From: a virus
Lineage: Duplodnaviria > Caudoviricetes
DNA: 38,671 bases
Strand: one strand, 5' to 3'
Virus record (IMG/VR): IMGVR_UViG_3300026543_000029
Coordinates: 1-38,671 of that record
Shown here: positions 7,650 through 16,731 of the stretch, in pieces
Layout of the letters: the number at the start of each line of letters is the position of its first letter
Numbering within the stretch: the stretch's first letter is position 1
Translations under genes and position numbers: made by a program
The notes under the pieces: model-generated
Told to the model about the DNA's origin: nothing
The model's input: only the letters and a program-made list of their open reading frames with translations
Database searches by the model: none

Positions 7650-8671
7650 TCGTCAGTCAAATCAGCGTGCATTGGAATAGATACTATCTCCTTGCAGACC
7701 TTTTCTGTTACTGGTAGCGCTTGCCCCTTATCGTATAATGTCATCTTGTGTAATGGATTATAGTGAACTCCAGTCTCCACTCCCTTTGCCTTCATCTTTC
7801 TCATAAACTCAAATGGAATTGCCACTCTAATCCAAAACAAATGATACGAACAATCAGTAGATAATGGCATGGTATGAAAGTCACTTAATCCTGAAGTATA
7901 CCTTTTAGCTATCTCATAGCGTCTCTTGTTCATCTGGTCTAGCTTCTCTAATTGTATCATGCCTATCTTGGCTGAGAACTCGCTCATGTAATAGTTGAAA
8001 CCGTTCTCCTTGATATCATATTTAGTTCCCTTCCTGTCTGTGATACCGCACCACCTTCTGGCGTTTAGCCTCTTCTTGTTTTCTGCTACGTTCTCACCGT
8101 TTAGTGTTATAGCCCCGCCAGCTGGCATTGCCAGGTTCTTTACAGCATGGAATGAAAAACAGCAGGTCTCATGGGAACCTATCATGTTGTTCCTGTATAC
8201 GGCTCCTGCTGCGTGTGCTGCATCCTGGACAAGTGGGATGGATTGGGCTTTAATCTTGTCCAAGACACAAGGCAACCCCCCAAAGTGAACAGGCATTATA
8301 CATGCTGTCGCCTCAGTTGTTGCCTCTTGTACTAGGGCAGGATCAATACATAAGGTCTTCTCGTCAACATCTACGAATTTAGGGATTCCCCCGTTATACA
8401 GGATGGCGTTGGCTGTGCTGGCAAAGGTTAGCGAGGGCAGTATCACCTCCTTGCCTTTTAATGAGTATAGGGATAAAGCAAGGTGTAATGCTGCCGTACC
8501 GCTATTTACGGCTACAGTATCATCTGCATTTATGTATTCTGTAAACTTGTCCTCAAACTCTTTGACTAGGCCTGTTCCTGCCCCATTAGACCAGTTGCCT
8601 CTTAATACGTTGACTACTGCCCATTCCTCTTTCTGTGTTAAACTAGGGCTGAACAGCTTTACTTCTAGCAA
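7613..8671 (-). CDS. DegT/DnrJ/EryC1/StrS (PseC/LegC-like) PLP sugar aminotransferase
   Basis: NSGTAALHLA, PVHFGG, DAAHA, FSFHAVKNL, GG, GFNY. Confidence 0.93.
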   Translation of the reverse strand: MLEVKLFSPSLTQKEEWAVVNVLRGNWSNGAGTGLVKEFEDKFTEYINADDTVAVNSGTAALHLALSLYSLKGKEVILPSLTFASTANAILYNGGIPKFVDVDEKTLCIDPALVQEATTEATACIMPVHFGGLPCVLDKIKAQSIPLVQDAAHAAGAVYRNNMIGSHETCCFSFHAVKNLAMPAGGAITLNGENVAENKKRLNARRWCGITDRKGTKYDIKENGFNYYMSEFSAKIGMIQLEKLDQMNKRRYEIAKRYTSGLSDFHTMPLSTDCSYHLFWIRVAIPFEFMRKMKAKGVETGVHYNPLHKMTLYDKGQALPVTEKVCKEIVSIPMHADLTDDQVDWVIKSANS

Positions 8672-9132
8672 TCAAACTGACCTTTGATTGTCTGGTTATA
8701 AAACACTCCCTTTGATCCTGCTCCTGAGAACGCATCAAATGTACGTCTAGGCACATTACAATATCCATAAGTTCTATCGTTCAACTTAATCTCCATTGTA
8801 TTAAAATCTGGATTATATGTTACCTTGCCAACAAAACTTGATACTTGATCGAAGTTTGGCTCCCTATCACCATGTTTAATTCCAGGCTCTCGATCATCTG
8901 GTTTTCTTACCTGTTTAGGCTCTACTGGTTCTATGGGTTCGGCTTTAATCTGGGATACAGGTTTGGATACTGGTGCATCTAATATTGAAATATATAATCC
9001 TAGGAGACTGGCTCCTGCAATCAGACTGAGTGTACTGATTAAATCTTTTTTATCTGCATTTGTTAATGTCTTCTGGACATTTGGTGGCAAGTTATTAAAT
9101 GAATCCTTTGACAGATTTGTGTCCAGTTTCAT
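8665..9132 (-). CDS. KTSC domain protein (frame stays open upstream to the A9 run at 9309-9317)
   Basis: C-terminal SSFVGKVTYN...YGYCNVP...A.SKG.FYN..IKG.F. Confidence 0.8.
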   Translation of the reverse strand: MKLDTNLSKDSFNNLPPNVQKTLTNADKKDLISTLSLIAGASLLGLYISILDAPVSKPVSQIKAEPIEPVEPKQVRKPDDREPGIKHGDREPNFDQVSSFVGKVTYNPDFNTMEIKLNDRTYGYCNVPRRTFDAFSGAGSKGVFYNQTIKGQFDC

Positions 9133-9236
9133 TTTGTCCAGAAGGTCTTTTCTTTTCCGAATGCTTAATTCATGCCAAAGCTTTTTAATTTTTTCAGGAT
9201 CAATCGTTTCCCTTAGCGGTCTTGATTCGTATAATG

Positions 9237-9746
9237 CTAACCACGCTGGGTGGCTTTCACTAAAATCAAAGCCTTTGGTGTTCTCGTTAGTGCTTGGATT
9301 GGTTTTGCTTTTTTTTTACCTAGTGCTTCGTCACTCTTGATACATTTGCCCTCGACATATGTTTGGCCTGGTGGGCATCGTTTATCTAGATCAGGCCTGC
9401 CTGTTGGTCCTGTTATGGTTACCTGCTCACCACAGTCTGGACAGATGGATTCTGCGTTCTCCATTGAGGATATTATCCCCTTTATCTCTGGCATGAGAAA
9501 CTCTGAATCCTTTCTTAACTCCATTAATGATTGAATCATTTCCTGTAGTTCGGAGAAGAGTACGTCTGCCTGCTGGGTTGCTACGGTATCATTTGGGTTT
9601 CCCTTTATGATGGATTGGTATAATTGTAAGGTCTCAAAGTGTGCCTTGATCTGTGATTCTAGGAATACTGACATATCTGACATGAAATCGTGTATCATGC
9701 CGTTTACGTCTCTGTTCGTTGTTACGTCCGTGGTAATCTGTGGCAT
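9237..9746 (-). CDS. Hypothetical head-region protein (helical, CPDCG, CPPGQ-x5-KC motif)
   Basis: ORF with its own TAGTTCC promoter motif at -34; probably fused to KTSC by frameshift. Confidence 0.65.
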   Translation of the reverse strand: MPQITTDVTTNRDVNGMIHDFMSDMSVFLESQIKAHFETLQLYQSIIKGNPNDTVATQQADVLFSELQEMIQSLMELRKDSEFLMPEIKGIISSMENAESICPDCGEQVTITGPTGRPDLDKRCPPGQTYVEGKCIKSDEALGKKKAKPIQALTRTPKALILVKATQRG

Positions 9747-9781
9747 GCCTCTATGGGATAATAATCATAAAAGGGAACTAA

Positions 9782-9943
9782 TCATGGGGCATCTCCCGCC
9801 TCGTCTATGATATCTGGATCGGTTGTAGGGGTGATGCTTTTCAGGCGCTTTAGCAGCCTGTTTGTCTCTGCCATCTCGTTGGCTATTCTCTTGAGCCATC
9901 TCCTGTCTATTATGGTTCCAGCCTGTTCAGTATATTTTGGCAT
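9782..9943 (-). CDS. Hypothetical protein (53 aa)
   Basis: Manual translation MPKYTEQAG...GDAP fills the gap; GGAGG upstream. Confidence 0.55.
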   Translation of the reverse strand: MPKYTEQAGTIIDRRWLKRIANEMAETNRLLKRLKSITPTTDPDIIDEAGDAP

Positions 9944-9945
9944 CT

Positions 9946-10362
9946 CTATACCTCCTCGTAGTATCCTAGAACTGTGATATTAACATTAAAGTCATCAGCC
10001 TTCCCGTTGATGAAGGAACCTTCTGCGGTTTGTAAAAATAACGGTAGCAAAGGCGTTGTAACATTTTTTACCTGATCTATTGAGATAATGTCTGTCACTA
10101 TTGTTGTAGAGTCCGCTGCGCTTGTCTCATAGATATCTATTGCCGAACCGTTAACACCTACGTTTCTGTCGGTATTTACAATTATTCCTGTAATGATTAC
10201 CTGCTTTTGAGCCAGAGGCTTGAAGAAATTAACTGCGCTTGAATCTGTTATCTGTTGTTTTTTAGCCTCTGTGAATCTTCCTACCTGAACGCATAGAAAT
10301 CCATTAGGTAATACCTGTGCAGTGTTTCCCGCATTGCCTTGAAGCAGAACCTTATTTGGCAT
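9946..10362 (-). CDS. Putative virion structural beta-rich protein
   Basis: Small-residue, beta-rich composition; in the head operon; coupled to the upstream gene. Confidence 0.5.
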   Translation of the reverse strand: MPNKVLLQGNAGNTAQVLPNGFLCVQVGRFTEAKKQQITDSSAVNFFKPLAQKQVIITGIIVNTDRNVGVNGSAIDIYETSAADSTTIVTDIISIDQVKNVTTPLLPLFLQTAEGSFINGKADDFNVNITVLGYYEEV

Positions 10363-10904
10363 TACTCAGAATCGAAATGAAATAGTATCGTAATCTCCAC
10401 AGCGGCGTTAGTTTCACATTCTATAGCTATGGCATCATTCTGTCCAAGTCTTAAAGCCTCACTAAAATTAAGCTCGTCATGTCCAGCTGCCCCAATTCTA
10501 ACAAGCATAAGGTCTCCAGCATCGGTTAATCCAGTTATTGCCCCATCCCCTCTTGCTACTGCGTCAGCATCATTTGATGATGCCTTGTTCAGGTTAACAG
10601 GAGTTAATGCACTAGACCCAGCTGCCGTTCCAGTTACAAACTTGACACGCCATAAGCTGGCAGTATCTGTTGAAATTACTATTGTGTCGATAATCATATC
10701 TTTTGAGGTTGAGATATTTTGAAGATACATACTTTCTTCATTAGCTACGGCTGTAGCATCTACCGAGATGACAGAATAAACCTGCCCTTGGTCTCTTGAT
10801 TCATAATATTCTCGAGAAGCTGCACGTGCAGAAACATCTAGCCTTTGATTGTTTGATACGGTGGCAAATCCGTTTTTGCCTCCTCCGTCATCAATTCTTG
10901 TCAA
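10362..10904 (-). CDS. Putative virion structural beta-rich protein
   Basis: Ala/Ser/Thr/Asp-rich; late promoter motif at -37. Confidence 0.5.
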   Translation of the reverse strand: MTRIDDGGGKNGFATVSNNQRLDVSARAASREYYESRDQGQVYSVISVDATAVANEESMYLQNISTSKDMIIDTIVISTDTASLWRVKFVTGTAAGSSALTPVNLNKASSNDADAVARGDGAITGLTDAGDLMLVRIGAAGHDELNFSEALRLGQNDAIAIECETNAAVEITILFHFDSE

Positions 10905-10938
10905 TTCAGTTCTCTACTCCATTATATTAGTAAAAGAA

Positions 10939-11139
10939 CTAAGTATCAATGATCTCATCTGTAGTTATCTCGGCATGTGTGATTAGGGTTTTTAGTTTTA
11001 ATTCAATGTCAGCTAGTTGGGATTGTGTTTGGGTGTTCTGTGTAAATAGGGACTGTTGCTCTTTAATCATGTTGTTGATGGCATCTATTGTATCCTGCTG
11101 GAGGATCTTGTTTCCAGTGTGTTTACTTGACATTGCCAC
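10939..11139 (-). CDS. Small coiled-coil protein
   Basis: Heptad-like; overlaps the protease end. Confidence 0.5.
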   Translation of the reverse strand: MAMSSKHTGNKILQQDTIDAINNMIKEQQSLFTQNTQTQSQLADIELKLKTLITHAEITTDEIIDT

Positions 11140-11857
11140 AATCAGGGCACATTAATGATTCCCTTAGCTTGAAGAACTCTTTCATAAGAAATCTTAATGA
11201 TTCTGTACTAGAACACTTTGAGAATGCTATCGCTATGTTCTGATCCTGTGACCTAGTTGGGTCTTCATCAGCTAATCTTGATATCCATGTCTGTACGCAC
11301 TGGTCGTCTATTCCAGGATTGCCCACCTCTATGAGATTCTGTATATGTTGCTCGTTCTTGAGGTTCTTCTGTGTCGGTGCGTACTTTGCCTCTAGTCCTT
11401 GATCGTGTTGACACTCTTGTATATAATGCTCGATTACCTTAACTGAAGTTTCTGGTACCCCTGGAGTTTCCGTCAATGCCATACCTACTGGTACTAGACC
11501 AAACGGCATATGGAAGCAGTCGCCTGGGGAATTGCATACGTCCTTCATGGATACTGGGTCTGCCTCTATACTTGTGAACAGTGTCTTGTTTCTTGCAAGG
11601 TTAGCTGCTGGCTCGTCTGTGATGTCACCCTCGTAGAACACCGTCTCCATGTCTGGGTTGTAATGGAACGTGACCTCACCTATTACCCTGTGTTCGTCAT
11701 GCTCCCAGTTTAACGGGACGGTAATGTTATCAAATCTTTTTAATTCCTCCTTTGTGTATAAATTATCATTCCTAGATATCCTTGGGATTAGTGCCACTCC
11801 TGTGATATGAGCCTGCTCGTTAATCATCGAGCGCGCCTCTATGATGGTTTTCAGCAT
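11123..11857 (-). CDS. Prohead (maturation) protease
   Basis: ITGVAL.PRISRN.NLY, PLNWEH, IGEV, TSIE, ALTETPG; located between portal and MCP. Confidence 0.75.
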   Translation of the reverse strand: MLKTIIEARSMINEQAHITGVALIPRISRNDNLYTKEELKRFDNITVPLNWEHDEHRVIGEVTFHYNPDMETVFYEGDITDEPAANLARNKTLFTSIEADPVSMKDVCNSPGDCFHMPFGLVPVGMALTETPGVPETSVKVIEHYIQECQHDQGLEAKYAPTQKNLKNEQHIQNLIEVGNPGIDDQCVQTWISRLADEDPTRSQDQNIAIAFSKCSSTESLRFLMKEFFKLRESLMCPDCGNVK

Positions 11858-11945
11858 AGTCTAGTCTTTGCCTCCAGCATTATAAGAGATATTTGCCGTC
11901 CTTGGCAAGCCGTTGCCTGGTATGAACCAGTTTAGTTTCCACTCT

Positions 11946-12455
11946 TTATTCATCCTTTAGAAACTCCTTTAGCGCGTCCTTTAGTATCTGCTTCTTCCTG
12001 TCCTGTAGTGCCTCTGTCATCTCGTCACCCTTTATCTTCTCATAGTTTATTCTCTTCATTAGTTTTTTATCGGCATCGTTTGGACTTCCGTACAGATTCA
12101 CATAGTTCTCCTTGAGAATCTTTGCCGTAGTCTTTTTGTATTCCTCCTTTAGTATCCTCCCCTGTGTTAATACTCCCTGCATTCTCTGAATCCTTCCTTG
12201 TGTCAGCAGGGACTCTATCCTCATTATCCTAGCAGTAGTATGAATAAGGGATTCCTCTTCTGTGAATATTGGTCCAGTCTGCCTGTCCTCACCCCAGCCC
12301 CTCGCATCTATTGCTGGACCGATTACCTGTCTGGAATGCTCCTGCCCTGCTATCTGTACGCCAACATCAGCAGACTGTTCTAGGATTAAATGTCCTAGTC
12401 CTGACTCTAGAATGATTTGATCTCCGTTCTCCTGGAGAAGATAGTCAACTGCCAT
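11946..12455 (-). CDS. Hypothetical structural protein
   Basis: N-terminal YLLQENGDQIILE motif typical of virion fibre-associated genes; repeats T(Q/T)(G/A)(R/K)I. Confidence 0.5.
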   Translation of the reverse strand: MAVDYLLQENGDQIILESGLGHLILEQSADVGVQIAGQEHSRQVIGPAIDARGWGEDRQTGPIFTEEESLIHTTARIMRIESLLTQGRIQRMQGVLTQGRILKEEYKKTTAKILKENYVNLYGSPNDADKKLMKRINYEKIKGDEMTEALQDRKKQILKDALKEFLKDE

Positions 12456-12474
12456 TATATCCTCCTGTATCTAG

Positions 12475-13959
12475 TCATGGAACAGAGCATGTAAAGTATC
12501 CCGTAGAGTTGTCATAGCCTGTAATGGATTCTCCCGCACCGCATGTTATGGATTGAATCCAGTCGTTTGGTGCAGCAAAGCCTGTGTTATAATGGAATAG
12601 ATTCAGGCTTCCATCATCGTCTATAGCCTGTGATATGTTATCCTCTACATAATTTGCAAGCAGCATATTATTATCCCCAGTAACCCTGATGCCTCGTTTT
12701 TGTACCATGTTTAATGGATCTGTATTCGTACAAAAGTTAAGCGCTATCGAATTGTTGTGCCCTGCTTGTATTCCTGCCCTAGATCCCAAACCGCTTACAC
12801 CGTTATTGATGCAATAGTTTCCCAATACAATACTGTTACTTGAAACAAACAGCCCGATATCCCCCGAACCGCTGACGCTATTCCCCAGATACACATCAAA
12901 GCCCTGGATACCCCTCCTGCTTCCTGAATCGGTTCCATAATCTATGACCATGTTTCCAAATGCCATAGTGTTAGCTGGGTTGGTCTTCTGTGTGACTATG
13001 ATTGCAGCTCTCTGGGTTCCGCTTGGATCGTTCCCACCGCCTGTTACAAGGTTCCCGCTTACCAAGATGTTCTTTGGTGTTGAGATTCCACCTCCTGCGA
13101 TTCGAATGTGTTCAAGCCCTGCGTCGCTTATTGTATTTTGGAAGATTCCTATGTCAGTATTGTTATGAGCCTGATCGGTGGAGGATACAAAGATTCCATA
13201 TTTTGCAGGGCTTATGATCTGGTTAAGTGAGACTGTGATATAGTGGCTGCCTTTGGTAGACTGCGTCTGTTCGATATGAATCCCCGTATGGCCTGGATAC
13301 ATGAACTTGTTCAGTGTGATGTCTGTGGTATTTGTCGCCTGTAGATCAATACCTCCACCAGAACCTGCACCGTTTGAACCGTTGAAGATATTTCTAAAGA
13401 TTGAGCTTTGGTTGACCCTGGAATAAACAACCGATTCGTCACCAAAACGATTAAAATAATTATTGTCTACTTGTATGAACTCAGAGTCTACTGCAAAGAT
13501 ACCGTGGTTTTCGTCATCTGTTGGCTCTCCCTCAAAACGAATGTTAGATACGCCGCCAGCAGATACCCCGTCAAAATGAATCGTCTTGGCGTTCTCCTTC
13601 ATCTCTATGATAGTAGAGTATCCCTCACCTGAGATGAAAATCCCATCCTGTGTTACCTCTAACAGTCTTGTTCCGTTGGGAACATCGGTGAAAACGTAGG
13701 TTCCTTTTTTAATAAAGATGCTGCCGCCGTCTGTTAGTGCGTCAACTGCGTCCTGTATCACAGTGACTGCATCTGTACCTGAATAGTCAATTACGCCTGT
13801 CTCGCCGTTTATTGCCCAGATGGTTGTGCCGTTAGTCTCAATCTGGTAACTAGTCGGTATTGCCTCTGTTGGCGGTGAGCCTGCGAGAACTATCCCTGTC
13901 GTAGTTAGACTGGCAAAAAGTATGGCTATTATAATTAAATTTATGTGTAATTTATTCAT
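12475..13959 (-). CDS. Right-handed parallel beta-helix (pectate-lyase/NosD-like) protein with N-terminal hydrophobic signal or anchor
   Basis: IQDAVDAL..GGSIFIKKGTY, ISGEG, many GI...N repeats. Confidence 0.8.
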   Translation of the reverse strand: MNKLHINLIIIAILFASLTTTGIVLAGSPPTEAIPTSYQIETNGTTIWAINGETGVIDYSGTDAVTVIQDAVDALTDGGSIFIKKGTYVFTDVPNGTRLLEVTQDGIFISGEGYSTIIEMKENAKTIHFDGVSAGGVSNIRFEGEPTDDENHGIFAVDSEFIQVDNNYFNRFGDESVVYSRVNQSSIFRNIFNGSNGAGSGGGIDLQATNTTDITLNKFMYPGHTGIHIEQTQSTKGSHYITVSLNQIISPAKYGIFVSSTDQAHNNTDIGIFQNTISDAGLEHIRIAGGGISTPKNILVSGNLVTGGGNDPSGTQRAAIIVTQKTNPANTMAFGNMVIDYGTDSGSRRGIQGFDVYLGNSVSGSGDIGLFVSSNSIVLGNYCINNGVSGLGSRAGIQAGHNNSIALNFCTNTDPLNMVQKRGIRVTGDNNMLLANYVEDNISQAIDDDGSLNLFHYNTGFAAPNDWIQSITCGAGESITGYDNSTGYFTCSVP

Positions 13960-13969
13960 GGACTGTTAC

Positions 13970-14659
13970 CTATGAGGCTGCCGTTAATCCTGTGGCTGCC
14001 AGCATAGCGTTAATTGCCTCTATTGCTGTGATAGAGGTTGCCAAGTCAGTCGGATCAGCTATATGCAATGGTTGAACTATAGGAGTAGTGTCCCAAAATC
14101 CTACCTTTTGTGTGGTAGCAGTTGCTATTTTACATCCACCGCCTGTTCCTGTAAGAATATCATTGTTATTCATGTTAAGGGTTATTCCTGTAAGTTTCAT
14201 ACTTGCGGAACTAATATCCCATACCTCTGTTCCTGCTGCATTTTCAAATGAAAGATCATCTGCCGTATCAACTGATAATCTAAACTGACCATCTCCTGCG
14301 TTGTTATCCCATGTGAGTGACTGATTGTTTGCCAGTCTTATTTTTCCTACTGTTTGGGCATCGGTTTGTGATGTTTGTGTTAGGACATCAAAGTCCACAA
14401 CATCATTGCCATCCATATCAAGATTCTGTGCCTGGACTCCAAGTCCTGTTATACCAGAGACTCCTGTGAGATTAGTTGCCACGCCAGATGCTGGCGTTCC
14501 TAATGCTGGTGTCACAAGGGTGGGGCTGGTGAATAAGTTAGTTACAGTCATGCTCTTGGTTTGAGGTGTTCCAGACGGATCGTCTACTAGGGGAATGATA
14601 TCAGTTGCTGCTGGTGCTGCACCTAATGCAGTCAGATCAGTTATTTTCTTATCAGCCAA
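13970..14659 (-). CDS. Putative fibre/spike protein
   Basis: MADKKITDLTAL N-terminus, TPALGTP, LNMNNNDI, KVGFW.TTP, terminal INAMLAATGL. Confidence 0.6.
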   Translation of the reverse strand: MADKKITDLTALGAAPAATDIIPLVDDPSGTPQTKSMTVTNLFTSPTLVTPALGTPASGVATNLTGVSGITGLGVQAQNLDMDGNDVVDFDVLTQTSQTDAQTVGKIRLANNQSLTWDNNAGDGQFRLSVDTADDLSFENAAGTEVWDISSASMKLTGITLNMNNNDILTGTGGGCKIATATTQKVGFWDTTPIVQPLHIADPTDLATSITAIEAINAMLAATGLTAAS

Positions 14660-14930
14660 TTATAATTTTGAATCCATTTTCACAAGAAAGTGACCTTGAA
14701 CGTTCTGTTATAGGTGAGAATACCCATTTTGTGGTACCCTCCTTGCCTGCTTCCAGGTGTCTGGGATACTCTATAATGGATACCTCCTTGTCTTCTGTAT
14801 GTGGAATTAGCTCAACATGTTCTCTGTTATCGTTTTTTACCGTCAAAGTAATTAGTGATTGGTCCCCTACCTGGGTTATGGGAAATGTAATCTTTTCCAT
14901 CAATTCGCCGTTTAAATAATACTGTACCAT
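14652..14930 (-). CDS. Small Ig-like protein
   Basis: ITF..TQVG....TLTVKN...P..L..G pattern. Confidence 0.45.
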   Translation of the reverse strand: MVQYYLNGELMEKITFPITQVGDQSLITLTVKNDNREHVELIPHTEDKEVSIIEYPRHLEAGKEGTTKWVFSPITERSRSLSCENGFKIIIG

Positions 14931-16348
14931 TATTTCACAGACTCCATTGTTCTAATGTATTTCTCTAATGCTTTAATCTTTCTAGTCGCAGTTGCCTCCT
15001 TATCGTTCGATAGGGATTCCTTGATACTGTTCATCTTCTGTTCTAGCTGCGCTGCCATCTCCCTTATCTTCTCATCGTTATACTTATCAGAAGTAACCTT
15101 CTCGATCTTGTTTTGTAAATCAGTCATCTGGGAATCAAACTTTTGTTGCTGTTGCTGTTTCTCGTCCTCCATTGCCTGCTTTAGCGCGTCATCATCTGGG
15201 AGGTCTATACCAGTGTTTGCGCGATACCATTCCCTTAATTCTTTTATTGTAATTGCCTTGTCTGTGAATAGCTTTAGAACCTGGTCAGGTGTTAGCTCTA
15301 CAATGTTCTGGGCGACAAAGGTTATCTTGAGCTTGGCCTCCTCTGCGTTGAGTCCATGCTGTTCTAGAATGGGATTGAATAAATCGGTAAGGAGTTTATT
15401 ACATAAATATCTCTGGTAGCCTCTGACTAACTTCATCACGATATTCTCTGTAGTCTCCGATGATGCTCTGGATGTAAAGTCTCCAGTCAGGATATCATGT
15501 GGGAATTGTGTGCCTAGTTCGAATACCTTCTCCATATGCTGTACGTAATCGGTATACTTGCTCTGGGCTGCCGTCTCCCAGAACTCTATCTCTGGCTTTA
15601 TCTTCTGTACCCTTTTGTCACCAGGCTTGTATCGTCTCCATCGTTCTGCCTCTTTTTCAAGATACTCGTCATTTGCCCCTGGATATGTTATGGTAGTGAT
15701 GGGGTATGCGTTGTTCTGTATTATACCAGCAAATGCGTCCTCCATGCCCCACATTACCTCGACCATCGGGGCTGTGGTCCTGTTCCCTATTATCCTTGGA
15801 ACCGCTAAAGGGTAGAATAATGATCTGCCCCATGCCTGCTTTGAATAATTAGTTAAGTTAAATTCTATGAACCTGTCCAGGTTATCCTCTCCCAGCTTTA
15901 CTATCTTTCCTGACTGTTGCCTCTGCTCGTAATATTCCAGTACGCCCACATCGGTTCGCTTCTTGGACATTATCGTAGTCATGTCAACCTCTTCGACATC
16001 ATCGGTCTGGCTAGAGTCGAGTCTCTCCAGTATGGCATTGCCGCAGATTAGTATGGTAGCCACCAGACCCTCAAACTTTCTATAAAAGTCAGTCTGCCTG
16101 ATCCATTCATCTATTATTTCCTTGGCCTCATCGTTCTCTGCTGATACTATCAATTCTGTACCTGTGATTAGTTCCGCATACGATGATACGGCTACTCTCA
16201 CCTGCGGTGTCTGGTCGTGGTATAATACCAATCTCTCAAAGGTGACCTGCGCTGGCCTCTCCCTGCCAAACTCTGTCTTTACTATTTTAGCTAATGGTGT
16301 CTTTGCTTCTTGAATCCTCTCAAATAATGTATAGCCTAGAATCTTCAT
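14930..16348 (-). CDS. Portal protein
   Basis: 472 aa, downstream of terminase; LICGNAILE, WGRS, NNAYP, SRASSE, ITIKELRE, C-terminal coiled coil. Confidence 0.85.
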   Translation of the reverse strand: MKILGYTLFERIQEAKTPLAKIVKTEFGRERPAQVTFERLVLYHDQTPQVRVAVSSYAELITGTELIVSAENDEAKEIIDEWIRQTDFYRKFEGLVATILICGNAILERLDSSQTDDVEEVDMTTIMSKKRTDVGVLEYYEQRQQSGKIVKLGEDNLDRFIEFNLTNYSKQAWGRSLFYPLAVPRIIGNRTTAPMVEVMWGMEDAFAGIIQNNAYPITTITYPGANDEYLEKEAERWRRYKPGDKRVQKIKPEIEFWETAAQSKYTDYVQHMEKVFELGTQFPHDILTGDFTSRASSETTENIVMKLVRGYQRYLCNKLLTDLFNPILEQHGLNAEEAKLKITFVAQNIVELTPDQVLKLFTDKAITIKELREWYRANTGIDLPDDDALKQAMEDEKQQQQQKFDSQMTDLQNKIEKVTSDKYNDEKIREMAAQLEQKMNSIKESLSNDKEATATRKIKALEKYIRTMESVK

Positions 16349-16698
16349 GTTGGTCCCTCCAGTATCTGCAACTCTACTCGGTTAAGAGTAGATTCTTTAT
16401 CGCCTGTTTTGGATATTTCAATCTTACAGAAGTATATACCCCTTGGTGGTATCTCACCATCCTTTACAGCATACTCCCATGTGCCGTCAGCTGCCACCAC
16501 TATACTGGCTGTCTTCCTAAAGAAATCCCCGAAATGCTTTGGCCTGTGAAATATTAATGATATAGTATAGCCTGTAAGATTCTTGGCTACAGTCTTGTTG
16601 ATGTCCGTATATATGGTTCCTGTCAGCTTATTGGTTGCTGAGAAATCTCCCCTAAACCATTGGTTCTGATCTAACGTTAGCCATAATCCGTAAGCCAT
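16345..16698 (-). CDS. BppU-N-like beta-sandwich structural protein
   Basis: RGD...NLTGYTI...GTWEY...GIYFCKIEI pattern; late promoter motif at -36. Confidence 0.5.
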   Translation of the reverse strand: MAYGLWLTLDQNQWFRGDFSATNKLTGTIYTDINKTVAKNLTGYTISLIFHRPKHFGDFFRKTASIVVAADGTWEYAVKDGEIPPRGIYFCKIEISKTGDKESTLNRVELQILEGPT

Positions 16699-16731
16699 TT
16701 ATTCTAATAGTTACTGATACAATAAAGAGAA

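Noticed and set aside
9245-9295. Classical H-type pseudoknot after the slippery site
   Set aside because: The two 6-bp helices leave a zero-length third loop and begin about 16 nt downstream, so only alternative hairpins are plausible
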